A stretch of 64,000 nucleotides of DNA, taken from contig OX597837.1 in NCBI GenBank assembly GCA_951406725.2, positions 45,942,001-46,006,000 of the forward strand, written 5' to 3'. The position numbers and the translations under genes were made by a program. Below, in pieces: positions 39,203-57,698 of the stretch (positions within the stretch are counted from its first letter, which is position 1; each line of letters begins with the position of its first letter). Origin of the DNA: Octopus vulgaris (lineage: Eukaryota). The notes under the pieces are model-generated. The model ran no database searches, was not told where the DNA came from, and saw only the letters and a list, made by a program, of their open reading frames with translations.

Positions 39203-39329
39203 TTGTTGTTGTTGTTGCTGTTGTTGCTGTTGCTGTTGCTGTTGCTGTTGTTGCTGTTGCTGTTGTTGTTGCTGTTGTTGCTGTTGTTGTTGCTGTTGTT
39301 GTTGTTGCTGTTGCTGTTGTTGCTGTTGT

Positions 39330-39367
<38 letters not shown>

Positions 39368-39386
39368 TTGCTGCTGTTGTTGTTGT

Positions 39387-39421
<35 letters not shown>

Positions 39422-39431
39422 ATGTTGCTGT

Positions 39432-39466
<35 letters not shown>

Positions 39467-39482
39467 TTGCTGTTGTTGTTGT

Positions 39483-39529
<47 letters not shown>

Positions 39530-39587
39530 TTGTTGTTGCTGTTGCTGTTGCTGTTGTTGTTGTTGCTGTTGCTGTTGTTGTTGCTGT

Positions 39588-39619
<32 letters not shown>

Positions 39620-39689
39620 TTGCTGCTGTTGTTGTTGTTGTTGCTGCTGTTGCTGCTGCTGCTGCTGTTGCTGTTGCTGTTGCTGTTGT

Positions 39690-39748
<59 letters not shown>

Positions 39749-39776
39749 CTGCTGCTGTTGCTGTTGCTTGCTGCTG
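39110..39776. repeat. Mixed (CTG/TTG)n trinucleotide tract
   Basis: Directly visible, ~220 triplets. Confidence 0.95.
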
Positions 39777-39779
39777 CCA

Positions 39780-40236
39780 AGCTTTGGCCGTAAGTGTTTA
39801 TAGTGGTGCGGACATTGAGCCCAATGGCGCCCAGAGCTCGCTCAACACACTCCTTATACCCTAAGGAAGGCATGTGTAAAATTTGAATGAAATTGGTTGA
39901 GTAGTTCTCAAGTTATAGGGAAATACACAGACAGACAGACACACATTCTCAGATACATAAAAGAATGAGAGTGGGTGATGTTTTATATATACACACATTT
40001 ATATATACATATTTATATATAGAACACACGCACACACACACACATACATTATAGCGTGAGTGAGGAAGATGGCCCCTAGCAACCACACCTTTTAAGATGG
40101 ATTTCTAAGGTAGCCCACGAGCATCGTCACTTCATTCTACATGTCCCTGTAACCTTTTGAGCGAATCGGACGGGATGTAGTGGCATTGAAAGCGATCCAA
40201 GCGGTAAAAACGCATTTCAGTTCTATATAGAGAGAT
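39780..40236. mobile_element. Helitron/Helentron-associated (HINE-like) remnants
   Basis: GTAAAATTTGAATGAAATTGGTTGAGTAGTT...(CAGA)n motif; a minus-strand ATCTCTCTATATAGAA start at ~40236. Confidence 0.45.
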
Positions 40237-40259
40237 ATATATAGATTTATATATATAAA

Positions 40260-43200
40260 AATTATATATATATATGTATACAAATATATACAAATTATAT
40301 AGATGTATACAAATATATACAAATTATATATATGTATGTAAATACATCCAAATTATATACATGTATGTAAATATATACAAATTATATACATGTATTTAAA
40401 TGTATACAAATTATATACCTGTATGTAAATATACAAATTATATATATGTATACAAATTATATATATGTATATAAATATATACAAATCATATATATGTATA
40501 TAAATATATACAAATTATATATATGTATATAAATATATACAAATCATATATATGTATATAAATGTATACACATTATATATATGTATATAAATGTATACAA
40601 ATTATATATATATGTATATAAACGTATACAAATTATATATATGTATCTAAACGTATACAAATTATATATATGTTTATAAACGTATACAATTATATATATG
40701 TATATAAACGTATACAAATAATATATAGGTATATAAACGTATACAAATTATATATATGTATATAAATGTATACAAATTATATATATGTATATAAATATAA
40801 ACTAATTATATATATGTATATAAATATAAACATTATATATATGTATATAAAGATATACAAATTCTATATATGTATATATATATATATATATAAAAATTAT
40901 ATATATGTATATAAATATATACAAATTATATATATGTATATAAATATATACAAATTATATATATGTATATAAATATATACAAATTATATATATGTATACA
41001 AATATATACAAATTATATTTATGTATATAAATATATACAAATTATATATATGTATATAAATATACACAAATTATATATATACATAAATATATACGAATTA
41101 TATATATGTATATATATATATACAAATTATATATATGTATGTGTATATATACAAATTATATATATGTATACAAATATATACAAATTATATATATGCATAC
41201 AAATATATACAAATTGTATATATGTATACAAATATATACAAATTCTTTATATGTATACAAATATATACAAATCATATATATGTATACAAATTATATATAT
41301 GTATGCAAATATATAAAAATTATATATATGTATACAAATATATACAAATTATATATATGTATACAAATATATACAAATTATATATATATATACAAATATA
41401 TACAAATTATATATATGTATACAAATATATACAAATTATATATATGTATAAAAATATATACAAATTATATATATGCATATAAATATATACAAATTATATA
41501 TATGTATGTAAATATATACAAATTATATATATGTACAGAAATATATACAAATTATATATATGTATATAAATATATACAAATTATATATATGTATATAAAT
41601 ATATACAAATAATATATATGTATACAAATATATACATATTGTATATATGTATACAAATATATACAAATTATATATATGTATACAAATATATACTTTTTTT
41701 ATATATGTATACAAATATATACAAATTATATATATGTATACAAATATATACAAATTATATATATGTATACAAATATATACAAATTATATTTATGTATATA
41801 TATATATACAAATTATATTTATGTATATATATATATACAAATTATATATATGTATATAAATATATACAAATTATATATATGTATATAAATATATACAAAT
41901 TATATATATGTATATAAATATATACAAATTATATATATGTACAGAAATATATACAAATTATATATATGTATGCAAATATATACAAATTATATATGTGTAT
42001 ACAAATATATACAAATTATATATATGTATACAAATATATACAAATTATATATATGTATACAAATATATACAAATTATATATATGTATACAAATATATACA
42101 AATTATATATATGTATACAAATATATACAAATTATATATATGTATACAAATATATACAAATTATATATATATATATATACAAATATATACAAATTATATA
42201 TATGTATACAAATATATACAAAGTTATATATGTATACAAATATATACAAATTATATATATGTATACAAATATATACAAATTATATATATGTATACAAATA
42301 TATACAAATTATATGTATGTATATAAATATATACAAATTATATTTATGTATATAAATATATTCAAATTATATATATGTATATAAATATATATTCAAATTA
42401 TATATATGTATATAAATATATATACGAATTATATATATGTATATAAATATATATACGAATTATATATATGTATATAAATATATACAAATTATATATATGT
42501 ATATAAATATATACAAATTATATATATACGTATATAAATATATACAAATTATATATATGTACATAAATATATACAAATTATATATATGTATACAAATATA
42601 TACAAATTATATATATGTATACAAATATATACAAATTATATATATGTATACAAATATATACAACTTATATATATGTATACAAATATATACAAATTATATA
42701 TATGTATACAAATATATACACATTATATATATGTATGTAAATATATACAAATTATATATATGTATGTAAATATATACAAATTATATATATGTATATATAA
42801 TATATACAAATTATATATATGATAAATATATAAAATTATATATATTATATATATACAAATTATATATATGTATACAAATATATACAAATTATATATATGT
42901 ATACAAATATATACACATTATATATATGTATACAAATATATACAAATTATATATATGTATACAAATATATACAAATATTATATATATGTATACAAATATA
43001 TACACATTATATATATGTATACAAATTGTATATATGTATACAAATATATACAAATTGTATATATGTATACAAATATATACAAATTGTATATATGTATACA
43101 AATATATACAAATTATATATATGTATTATATACTTTTATATATATGTATACAAATATATACAAATTGTATATATGTATATAAATATATACAAATTATATA

Positions 43201-46200
43201 TATGTATATAAATATATACAAATTATATATATGTATACAAATATATACACATTATATATATGTATACAAATATATACTTTTACATATGTATACAAATATA
43301 TACAAATTATATATATGTATACAAATATATACAAATTATATATATGTATATAAATATATACAAATTATATATATGTATATAAATATATACAAATTATATA
43401 TATGTATATAAATATATACAAATTATATATATGTATATAAATATATACAAATTATATATATGTATATAAATATATACAAATTATATATATGTATACAAAT
43501 ATATACAAATTATATATATGTATACAAATATATACAAATTATATATATGTATACAAATATATACAAATTATATATATGTATACAAATATATACAAATTAT
43601 ATATATGTATACAAATATATACAAATTATATATATGTATACAAATATATACAAATTATATATATGTATACAAATATATACAAATTATATATATGTATACA
43701 AATATATACAAATTATATATATGTATACAAATATATACAAATTATATATATGTATACAAATATATACAAATTATATATATGTATACAAATATATACAAAT
43801 TATATATATGTATATAAATATATACAAATTATATATATGTATATAAATATATACAAATTATATATATGTATACAAATATATACAAATTATATATATGTAT
43901 ACAAATATATACAAATTATATATATGTATACAAATATATACAAATTATATATATGTATACAAATATATACAAATTATATATATGTATACAAATATATACA
44001 AATTATATATATGTATATAAATATATACAAATTATATATATGTATATAAATATATACAAATTATATATATGTATATAAATATATACAAATTATATATATG
44101 TATATAATATATACAAATTATATATATGTATATAAATATATACAAATTATATATATGTATATAAATATATACAAATTATATATATGTATACAAATATATA
44201 CAAATTATATATATGTATACAAATATATACAAATTATATATATGTATATAAATATATACAAATTATATATATGTATACAAATATATACAAATTATATATA
44301 TGTATATAAATATATACAAATTATATATATGTATACAAATATATACAAATTATATATATGTATACAAATATATACAAATTATATATATGTATACAAATAT
44401 ATACAAATTATATATATGTATACAAATATATACAAATTATATATATGTATACAAATATATACAAATTATATATATGTATACAAATATATACAAATTATAT
44501 ATATGTATACAAATATATACAAATTATATATATGTATACAAATATATACAAATTATATATATGTATATAAATATATACAAATTATATATATGTATATAAA
44601 TATATACAAATTATATATATGTATACAAATATATACAAATTATATATATGTATATAAATATATACAAATTATATATATGTATATAAATATATACAAATTA
44701 TATATATGTATACAAATATATACAAATTATATATATGTATACAAATATATACAAATTATATATATGTATAAAATATATACAAATTATATATATGTATAGA
44801 AATATATACAAATTATATATATGTATACAAATATATACAAATTATATATATGTATACAAATATATACAAATTATATATATGTATACAAATATATACAAAT
44901 TATATATATGTATACAAATATATACAAATTATATATATGTATACAAATATATACAAATTATATATATGTATACAAATATATACAAATTATATATATGTAT
45001 ACAAATATATACAAATTATATATATGTATACAAATATATACAAATTATATATATATGTATACAAATATATACAAATTATATATATGTATACAAATATATA
45101 CAAATTATATATATGTATACAAATATATACAAATTATATATATGTATACAAATATATACAAATTATATATATGTATACAAATATATACAAATTATATATA
45201 TGTATACAAATATATACAAATTATATATATGTATACAAATATATACAAATTATATATATGTATACAAATATATACAAATTATATATATGTATACAAATAT
45301 ATACAAATTATATATATGTATACAAATATATACAAATTATATATATGTATACAAATATATACACATTATATATATGTATACAAATTATATACAAATTATT
45401 ATATATGTATAAATATATACAAATTATATATATGTATATAAATATATACAAATTATATATATGTATACAAATATATACAAATTATATATATGTATACAAA
45501 TATATACAAATTATATATATGTATACAAATATATACAAATTATATATATGTATATAAATATATACAAATTATATATATGTATACAAATATATACAAATTA
45601 TATATATGTATACAAATATATACAAATTATATATATGTATACAAATATATACAAATTATATATATGTATATAAATATATACAAATTATATATATGTATAC
45701 AAATATATACAAATTATATATATGTATACAAATATATACAAATTATATATATGTATACAAATATATACAAATTATATATATGTATACAAATATATACAAA
45801 TTATATATATGTATACAAATATATACAAATTATATATATGTATACAAATATATATAAATTATATATATGTATACAAATATATACAAATTATATATATGTA
45901 TATAAATATATACAAATTATATATATGTATATAAATATATACAAATTATATATATGTATATAAATATATACAAATTATATATATGTATACAAATATATAC
46001 AAATTATATATATGTATACAAATATATACAATTATATATATGTATACAAATATATACAAATTATATATATGTATACAAATATATACAAATTATATATATG
46101 TTTATAAATATATACAAATTATATATATGTATATAAATATATACAAATTATATATATGTATATAAATATATACAAATTATATATATGTATATAAATATAT

Positions 46201-49200
46201 ACAAATTATATATATGTATATAAATATATACAAATAATATATATGTATGTAAATATATACAAATTATATATATGTACATAAATGTATACAAATTATATAT
46301 ATGTATACAAATATATACAAATTATATATATGTATACAAATATATACAAATTATATATATGTATACAAATATATACAAATTATATATATGTATACAAATA
46401 TATACAAATTATATATATGTATACAAATATATAAAATTATATATATGTATACAAATATATACAAATTATATATATGTATATAAATATATACAAATTATAT
46501 ATATGTATACAAATATATACAAATTATATATATGTATACAAATATATACAAATTATATATATGTATACAAATATATACAAATTATATATATGTATACAAA
46601 TATATACAAATTATATATATGTATACAAATATATACAAATTATATATATGTATACAAATATATACAAATTATATATATGTATACAAATATATACAATTTA
46701 TATATATGTATACAAATATATACAAATTATATATATGTATACAAATATATACAAATTATATATATGTATACAAATATATACAAATTATATATATGTATAC
46801 AAATATATACAAATTATATATATGTATACAAATATATACAAATTATATATATGTATACAAATATATACAAATTATATATATGTATATAAATATATACAAA
46901 TTATATATATGTATACAAATATATACAAATTATATATATGTATATAAATATATACAAATTATATATATGTATATAAATATATACAAATTATATATATGTA
47001 TATAAATATATACAAATTATATATATGTATACAAATATATACAAATTATATATATGTATATAAATATATACAAATTATATATATGTATATAAATATATAC
47101 AAATTATATATATGTATATAAATATATACAAATTATATATATGTATACAAATATATACAAATTATATATATGTATACAAATATATACAAATTATATATAT
47201 GTATACAAATATATACAAATTATATATATGTATACAAATATATACAAATTATATATATGTATACAAATATATACAAATTATATATATGTATACAAATATA
47301 TACAAATTATATATATGTATACAAATATATACAAATTTTTTATATATGTATACAAATATATACAAATTATATATATGTATTAAATATATACAAATTATAT
47401 ATATGTATACAAATATATACAAATTATATATATGTATACAAATATATACAGATTATATATATGTATACATATATATACAAATTATATATATGTATACAAA
47501 TATATACAAATTATATATATGTATACAAATATATACAAATTTTATATATGTATACAAATATATACAAATTATATATATGTATACAAATATATACAAATTA
47601 TATATATGTATACAAATATATACAAATTATATATATGTATACAAATATATACAAATTATATATATGTATACAAATATATACAAATTATATATATGTGTAC
47701 AAATATATACAAATTATATATATGTATACAAATATATACAAATTATATATATATGTATACAAATATATACAAATTATATATATATGTATACAAATATATA
47801 CAAATTATATATATGTATACAAATATATACTTTATATATATGTATACAAATATATACAAATTATATATATGTATACAAATATATACAAATTATATGTATG
47901 TATATAAATATATACAAATTATATATATGTATATAAATATATACAAATTATATATATGTATACAAATATATACAAATTATATATATGTATACAAATATAT
48001 ACAAATTATATATATGTATACAAATATATACAAATTATATATATGTATACAAATATATACTTTTATATATATGTATACAAATATATACAAATTATATATA
48101 TGTATACAAATATATACAAATTATATATATGTATATAAATATATACAAATTATATATATGTATTAAATATATACAAATTATATATATGTATATAAATATA
48201 TACAAATTATATATATGTATATAAATATATACAAATTATATATATGTATATAAATATATACAAATTATATATATGTATATAAATATATACAAATTATATA
48301 TATGTATATAAATATATATAAATTATATATATGTATATAAATATATACAAATTATATATATGTATACAAATATATACAAATTATATATATGTATACAAAT
48401 ATATACAAATTATATATATGTATACAAATATATACAAATTATATATATGTATACAAATATATACAAATTATATATATGTATACAAATATATACAAATTAT
48501 ATATATGTATACAAATATATACAAATTATATATATGTATACAAATATATACAAATTATATATATGTATACAAATATATACAAATTATATATATGTATACA
48601 AATATATACAAATTATATATATGTATACAAATATATACAAATTATATATATGTATACAAATATATACAAATTATATATATGTATACAAATATATACAAAT
48701 TATATATATGTATACAAATATATACAAATTATATATATGTATACAAATATATACAAATTATATATATGTATACAAATATATACAAATTATATATATGTAT
48801 ACAAATATATACAAATTATATATATGTATACAAATATATACTTTTTTATATATGTATACAAATATATACAAATTCTTTATATGTATACAAATATATACAA
48901 ATTATTTATATGTATGCAAATATATACAAATTATATATATGTATACAAATATATACAAATTATATATATGTATCCAAATATATACAAATTATATATATGT
49001 ATCCAAATATATACAAATTATATATATGTATACAAATATATACAACTTATATATATGTATACAAATATATACACATTATATATATGTATACATATTATGT
49101 ATATGTATATAAATGTATACAAATTATATATATGTATATAAATGTATACAAATTATATATATGTATATAAATATATACAAATTATATATTTGTATATAAA

Positions 49201-52200
49201 TGTATACAAATTATATATATGTATATAATCATATACAGATTATATATATGTATATAAACGTATGCAAATTATATATATGTTTATAAACGTATACAAATTA
49301 TATATATATGTATATGAACGTATACAAATTATATATATGTATATAAATATATACAAATTTGTATATGTATATAAATATATACAAATTATATATATGTATA
49401 TAAATATATACAAATTATATATATGTATATAAATGTATACACATTATATATATGTATATAAATATATACAAATTATAGATATGTATATAAATATATACTA
49501 ATTATATGTATGTATATTAATATATACAAATTATATATATGTATATGAATTTATACAAATTATATATATGTCTATAAATATATACAAATTATATATATGT
49601 CTATAAATATATACAAATTATGTATATGTATATAAATATATCAAATTATATATATGTATAGAAATATATACAAATTATATATATGTATACAAATATATAC
49701 AAATTATATATATCTATACAAATATATACAAATTATACATATGTATTTAAATGTATACAAATTATATACATATGTATATAAATTTATACAAATTATATAT
49801 ATGTATATAAATGTATACAAATTACATATATGTATATAAATTTATACAAATTATATATATATGTATATAAACGTATACAAATTATATATATTTGTATAAA
49901 CGTATACAAAGTATATATATGTATTTAAACTTATACAAATTATCTATATGTATATAAACGTATACAAATTATATATATGTATGTAAATATATACAAATTA
50001 TATATATGTATATAAATATATACAAATTATATATATGTATATAAATATATACAAATTATATATATGTATATAAATATATACAAATTATATATATGTATAT
50101 AAATATATACAAATTATATATATGTATATAAATATATACAAATTATATATATGTATATAAATATATACAAATTATATATATGTATATAAATATATATAAA
50201 TTATATATATGTACATAAATATATACAAATTATATATATGTATACAAATATATACAAATTATATATATGTATACAAATATATACAAATTATATATATGTA
50301 TACAAATATATACAAATTATATATATGTATACAAATATATACAAATTATATATATGTATACAAATATATACAAATTATATATATGTATACAAATATATAC
50401 AAATTATATATATGTATACAAATATATACAAATTATATATATGTATACAAATATATACAAATTATATATATGTATACAAATATATACAAATTATATATAT
50501 GTATACAAATATATACAAATTATATATATGTATACAAATATATACAAATTATATATATGTATACAAATATATACAAAATATATATATGTATACAAATATG
50601 TACACATTATATATATGTATAGATATATATACAAATTATATATATGTATACAAACATGTACAAATTATATATATGTATACAAATATATACAAATTATATA
50701 TATGTATACAAATATATACTTTTTTATTAATGTATACAAATATATACAAATTATATATATGTATACAAATATATACAAATTATATATATGTATACAAATA
50801 TATACACATTATATATATATGTATACATATATATACAAATTATATATATGTATACAAATATATACAAATTATATATATATATACAGATATATACTTTTTT
50901 ATATATGTATACAAATATATACAAATTATATATATGTATACAAATATATACAAATTCTTTATATGTATATAAATATATACAAATTATATATATGTATATA
51001 AATATATACAAATTATATATATGTATATAAATATATACAAATTATATATATGTATACAAATATATACAAATTATATATATGTATACAAATATATACTTTT
51101 TATATATGTATACAAATATATACAAATTATATATATGTATACAAATATATACAAATTATATGTATGTATATAAATATATACAAATTATATATATGTATAT
51201 AAATATATACAAATTATATATGTCTATAAATATATACAAATTATATATATGTCTATAAATATATACAAATTATATATATCTATACAAATATATACAAATT
51301 ATATATATGTATACAAATATATACAAATTATATATATGTATACAAATATATACAAATTATATATATGTATACAAATATATACAACTTATATATATGTATA
51401 CAAATATATACAAATTATATATATGTATACAAATATATACAAATTATATATATGTATACAAATATATACAAATTATATATATGTATACAAATATATACAA
51501 ATTATATATATGTATATAAATATATACAAATTATATATATGTATACAAATATATACACATTATATATATGGAAAAAAATATATACAAATTATATATATGT
51601 ATACAAATATATACAAATTATATATATGTATACAAATATATACTTTTTTATATATGTATACAAATATATACTAATTATATATATGTATACAAATATATAT
51701 AAATTCTTTATATGTATATAAATATATACAAATTATAAATTTGTATATAAATATATACAAATTATATATATGTATATAAATATATACAAATTATATATAT
51801 GTATATAAATATATACAAATTATATATATGTATACAAATATATACAAATTATATATATGTATACAAATATATACTTTTTACATATGTATACAAATATATA
51901 CAAATTATATATATGTATACAAATATATACAAATTATATGTATGTATATAAATATATACAAATTATATTTATGTATATAAATATATACAAATTTTATATA
52001 TGTATATAGATATATATAAATTATATATATGTATATAAATATATATAAATTATATATATGTATATAAATATATACAAATAATATATATGTATGTAAATAT
52101 ATACAAATTATATATATGTATATAAATATATACAAATTATATATATGTATACAAATATATACAAATTATATATATGTATACAAATATATACAAATTATAT

Positions 52201-54426
52201 ATATGTATACAAATATATACAAATTATATATATGTATACAAATATATACAAATTATATATATGTATACAAATATATACAAAATATATATATGTATACAAA
52301 TATATACACATTATATATATGTATAGATATATATACAAATTATATATATGTATACAAACATATACAAATTATATATATGTATACAAATATATACAAATTA
52401 TATATATGTATACAAATATATACAAATTATATATATGTATACAAATATATACAAATTATATATATGTATACATATATATACAAATTATATATATGTATAC
52501 AAATATATACAAATTATATATATATATACAAATATATACTTTTTTATATATGTATACAAATATATACAAATTATATATATGTATACAAATATATACAAAT
52601 TCTTTATATGTATATAAATATATACAAATTATATATATGTATATAAATATATACAAATTATATATATGTATATAAATATATACAAATTATATATATGTAT
52701 ACAAATATATACAAATTATATGTATGTATATAAATATATACAAATTATATATATGTATATAAATATATACAAATTATATATATGTATATAAATATATACA
52801 AATTATATATATGTATATAAATATATACAAATTATATATATGTATATAAATATATACAAATTATATATATGTATACAAATATATACAAATTATATGTATG
52901 TATATAAATATATACAAATTATATATATGTATATAAATATATACAAATTATATATATGTCTATAAATATATACAAATTATATATATGTATACAAATATAT
53001 ACAAATTATATATATGTATACAAATATATACAAATTATATATATGTATACAAATATATACAAATTATATATATGTATACAAATATATACATATATATATG
53101 TATACAAATATATACAAATTATATATATGTATACAAATATATACATATTATATATATGTATACAAATATATACTATATATGTATACAAATATATACAAAT
53201 TATATATATGTATTCAAATATATACAAATTATATATATGTATACAAATATATACAAATTATATATATGTAAACAAATATATACAGATTATATATATGTAT
53301 ACATATATACACATTATATATATGTATACAAATATATACAAATTATATATATGTATACAAATATATACTTTTTTATATATGTATACAAATATATACAAAT
53401 TATATATATGTATACAAATATATACAAATTATATATATGTATACAAATATATACAAATTATATATATGTATACAAATATATACAAATTATATATATGTAT
53501 ACAAATATATACAAATTATATATATGTATACAAATATATACACATTATATATATGTATACAAATATATACAAATTATATATATATGTATACCAATATATA
53601 CAAATTATATATATATGTATACAAATATATACAAATTATATATATGTATACAAATATATACTTTTTTATATATGTATACAAACATATACAATTTATATAT
53701 ATGTATACAAATATATACAAATTATATGTATGTATATAAATATTTACAAATTATATTTATGTATATAAATATATACAAATTATATATATGTATATAAATA
53801 TATATAAATTATATATATGTATACAAATATATACAAATTATATATATGTATACAAATATATACAAATTATATATATGTATACAAATATATACTTTTTATA
53901 TATGTATACAAATATATACAAATTATATATATGTATACAAATATATACAAATTATATGTATGTATATAAATATTTACAAATTATATATATGTATTAAATA
54001 TATACAAATTATATATATGTATATAAATATATACAAATTATATATATGTATATAAATATATACAAATTATATATATGTATATAAATATATACAAATTATA
54101 TATATGTATATAAATATATACAAATTATATATATGTATATAAATATATATAAATTATATATATGTATATAAATATATACAAATTATATATATGTATACAA
54201 ATATATACAAATTATATATATGTATACAAATATATACAAATTATATATATGTATACAAATATATACAAATTATATATATGTATACAAATATATACAAATT
54301 ATATATATGTATACAAATATATACAAATTATATATATGTATACAAATATATACAAATTATATATATGTATACAAATATATACAAATTATATATATGTATA
54401 CTAATATATACACATTATATATATGT
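40260..54426. repeat. 29-bp AT-rich satellite (TATACAAATATATACAAATTATATATATG)n
   Basis: About 14.2 kb, roughly 480-490 units by length/29; main variant C>T (TATATAAATA); runs into the gap. Confidence 0.97.
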
Positions 54427-54526
54427 NNNNNNNNNNNNNNNNNNNNNNNNNNNNNNNNNNNNNNNNNNNNNNNNNNNNNNNNNNNNNNNNNNNNNNNNNN
54501 NNNNNNNNNNNNNNNNNNNNNNNNNN
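54427..54526. other. Assembly gap (100 N)
   Basis: Run of n. Confidence 0.99.
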
Positions 54527-54873
54527 TAGATTAATTCTAGACAATTGTTTCGCGGCTCAGTGGTTACTGATGAGGTTGACTTATTCTTCTTTTCGGATTA
54601 TGGCTGCTGTTGCTTAGTGAGTGGGATTGACTCAGTGCACAGCCCTTACTCATTTAAAAAAAAATATTCTTGCACAGGCTTTGCACGATAACAATATTGA
54701 TTAAGCTTCGTGCAATGGCCATACCCGAAAACGAGGGGGCAGCCACCATATAAAGATATATATATATATATATATTGATAAAACGGTAAGATAACAAAAG
54801 AAAGAAAGAGACCTCAATATTATGTAAATAGAGGAAATTTATCTATAAAATATGTTACATTACTCGGTAGTCA

Positions 54874-54936
54874 AGATAAAACTCTGAGTTTCAGATGCCG
54901 AAGTGGAAATCCACAACACCATCTCTTCGGTTATCT
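54874..54936 (-). ncRNA. Inverted second copy of the 55183-55245 hammerhead-like motif
   Basis: Exact reverse complement of 55183-55245 within a 139-bp inverted repeat. Confidence 0.55.
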
Positions 54937-55182
54937 GGCTATTTGAAAACGTTATGAAAAAATACCGTTAAAAATGAAGGGAAATTAGAACATACTTTCT
55001 GTGTTATGTCCCAAGAAGATTTTATATATTTTTTATATATTTTTATGTATTTTTATGTATTTTATATAATTTTTATGACGAAAAATGCGAGCGATGTATA
55101 AGTACGCAGGCAAAGCAGAGTTATAACAGAGTAATTTCCCTTCATTTTTAACGCTATTTTTTCATAACGTTTTCAAATAGCC

Positions 55183-55245
55183 AGATAACCGAAGAGATGG
55201 TGTTGTGGATTTCCACTTCGGCATCTGAAACTCAGAGTTTTATCT
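55183..55245 (+). ncRNA. Type I hammerhead-like motif, U4C core variant
   Basis: AGAUAA-CCGAAGA-GAUG...GUGGAuuUCCAC...CAUCu-GAAA-CUCAGAG-UU^UUAUCU: 6-bp helix I and near-palindromic helix III; the core reads CCGA rather than CUGA. Confidence 0.55.
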
Positions 55246-55267
55246 TGACTACCGAGTAATGTAACAT

Positions 55268-57417
<2,150 letters not shown>

Positions 57418-57698
57418 AGTAGGAGTGGCTGTATGTTAAATAGCTTGCTTACGAACTACATGGTTCTGGGTTCAGTCCCACTGCGTGGCATCTTGGGCAA
57501 GTGTCTTCAGCTATAGCCTCGGCCGACCAATGCTTGTGAGTGGATTTGGTAGACGGAAACTGAAAGAAGCCTGTCGTATATATATGTATATATATATGTA
57601 TGTATATACTTTGATACTTTGATACTTTGATAGGTTTCGGCCATTATTGGCCCAGGCCATGTCTAACTTAATAGCACCACCTGGTGAAGTCTTTCAAG

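Noticed and set aside
38944-39873. 309-aa poly-N/S ORF and 221-aa poly-L ORF
   Set aside because: Produced by the (CTG/TTG)n tract; the start lies in a repeat remnant.
40260-54426. CRISPR-like regular repeat
   Set aside because: No unique spacers, no cas genes, eukaryotic context.
54530-54570. Minus-strand CGAAA-CAAUUG-UC half hammerhead
   Set aside because: No correctly placed CUGANGA or helix I partner found.
40137-54617. Dozens of Y/I/K/C-rich ORFs
   Set aside because: Translations of the 29-bp satellite.
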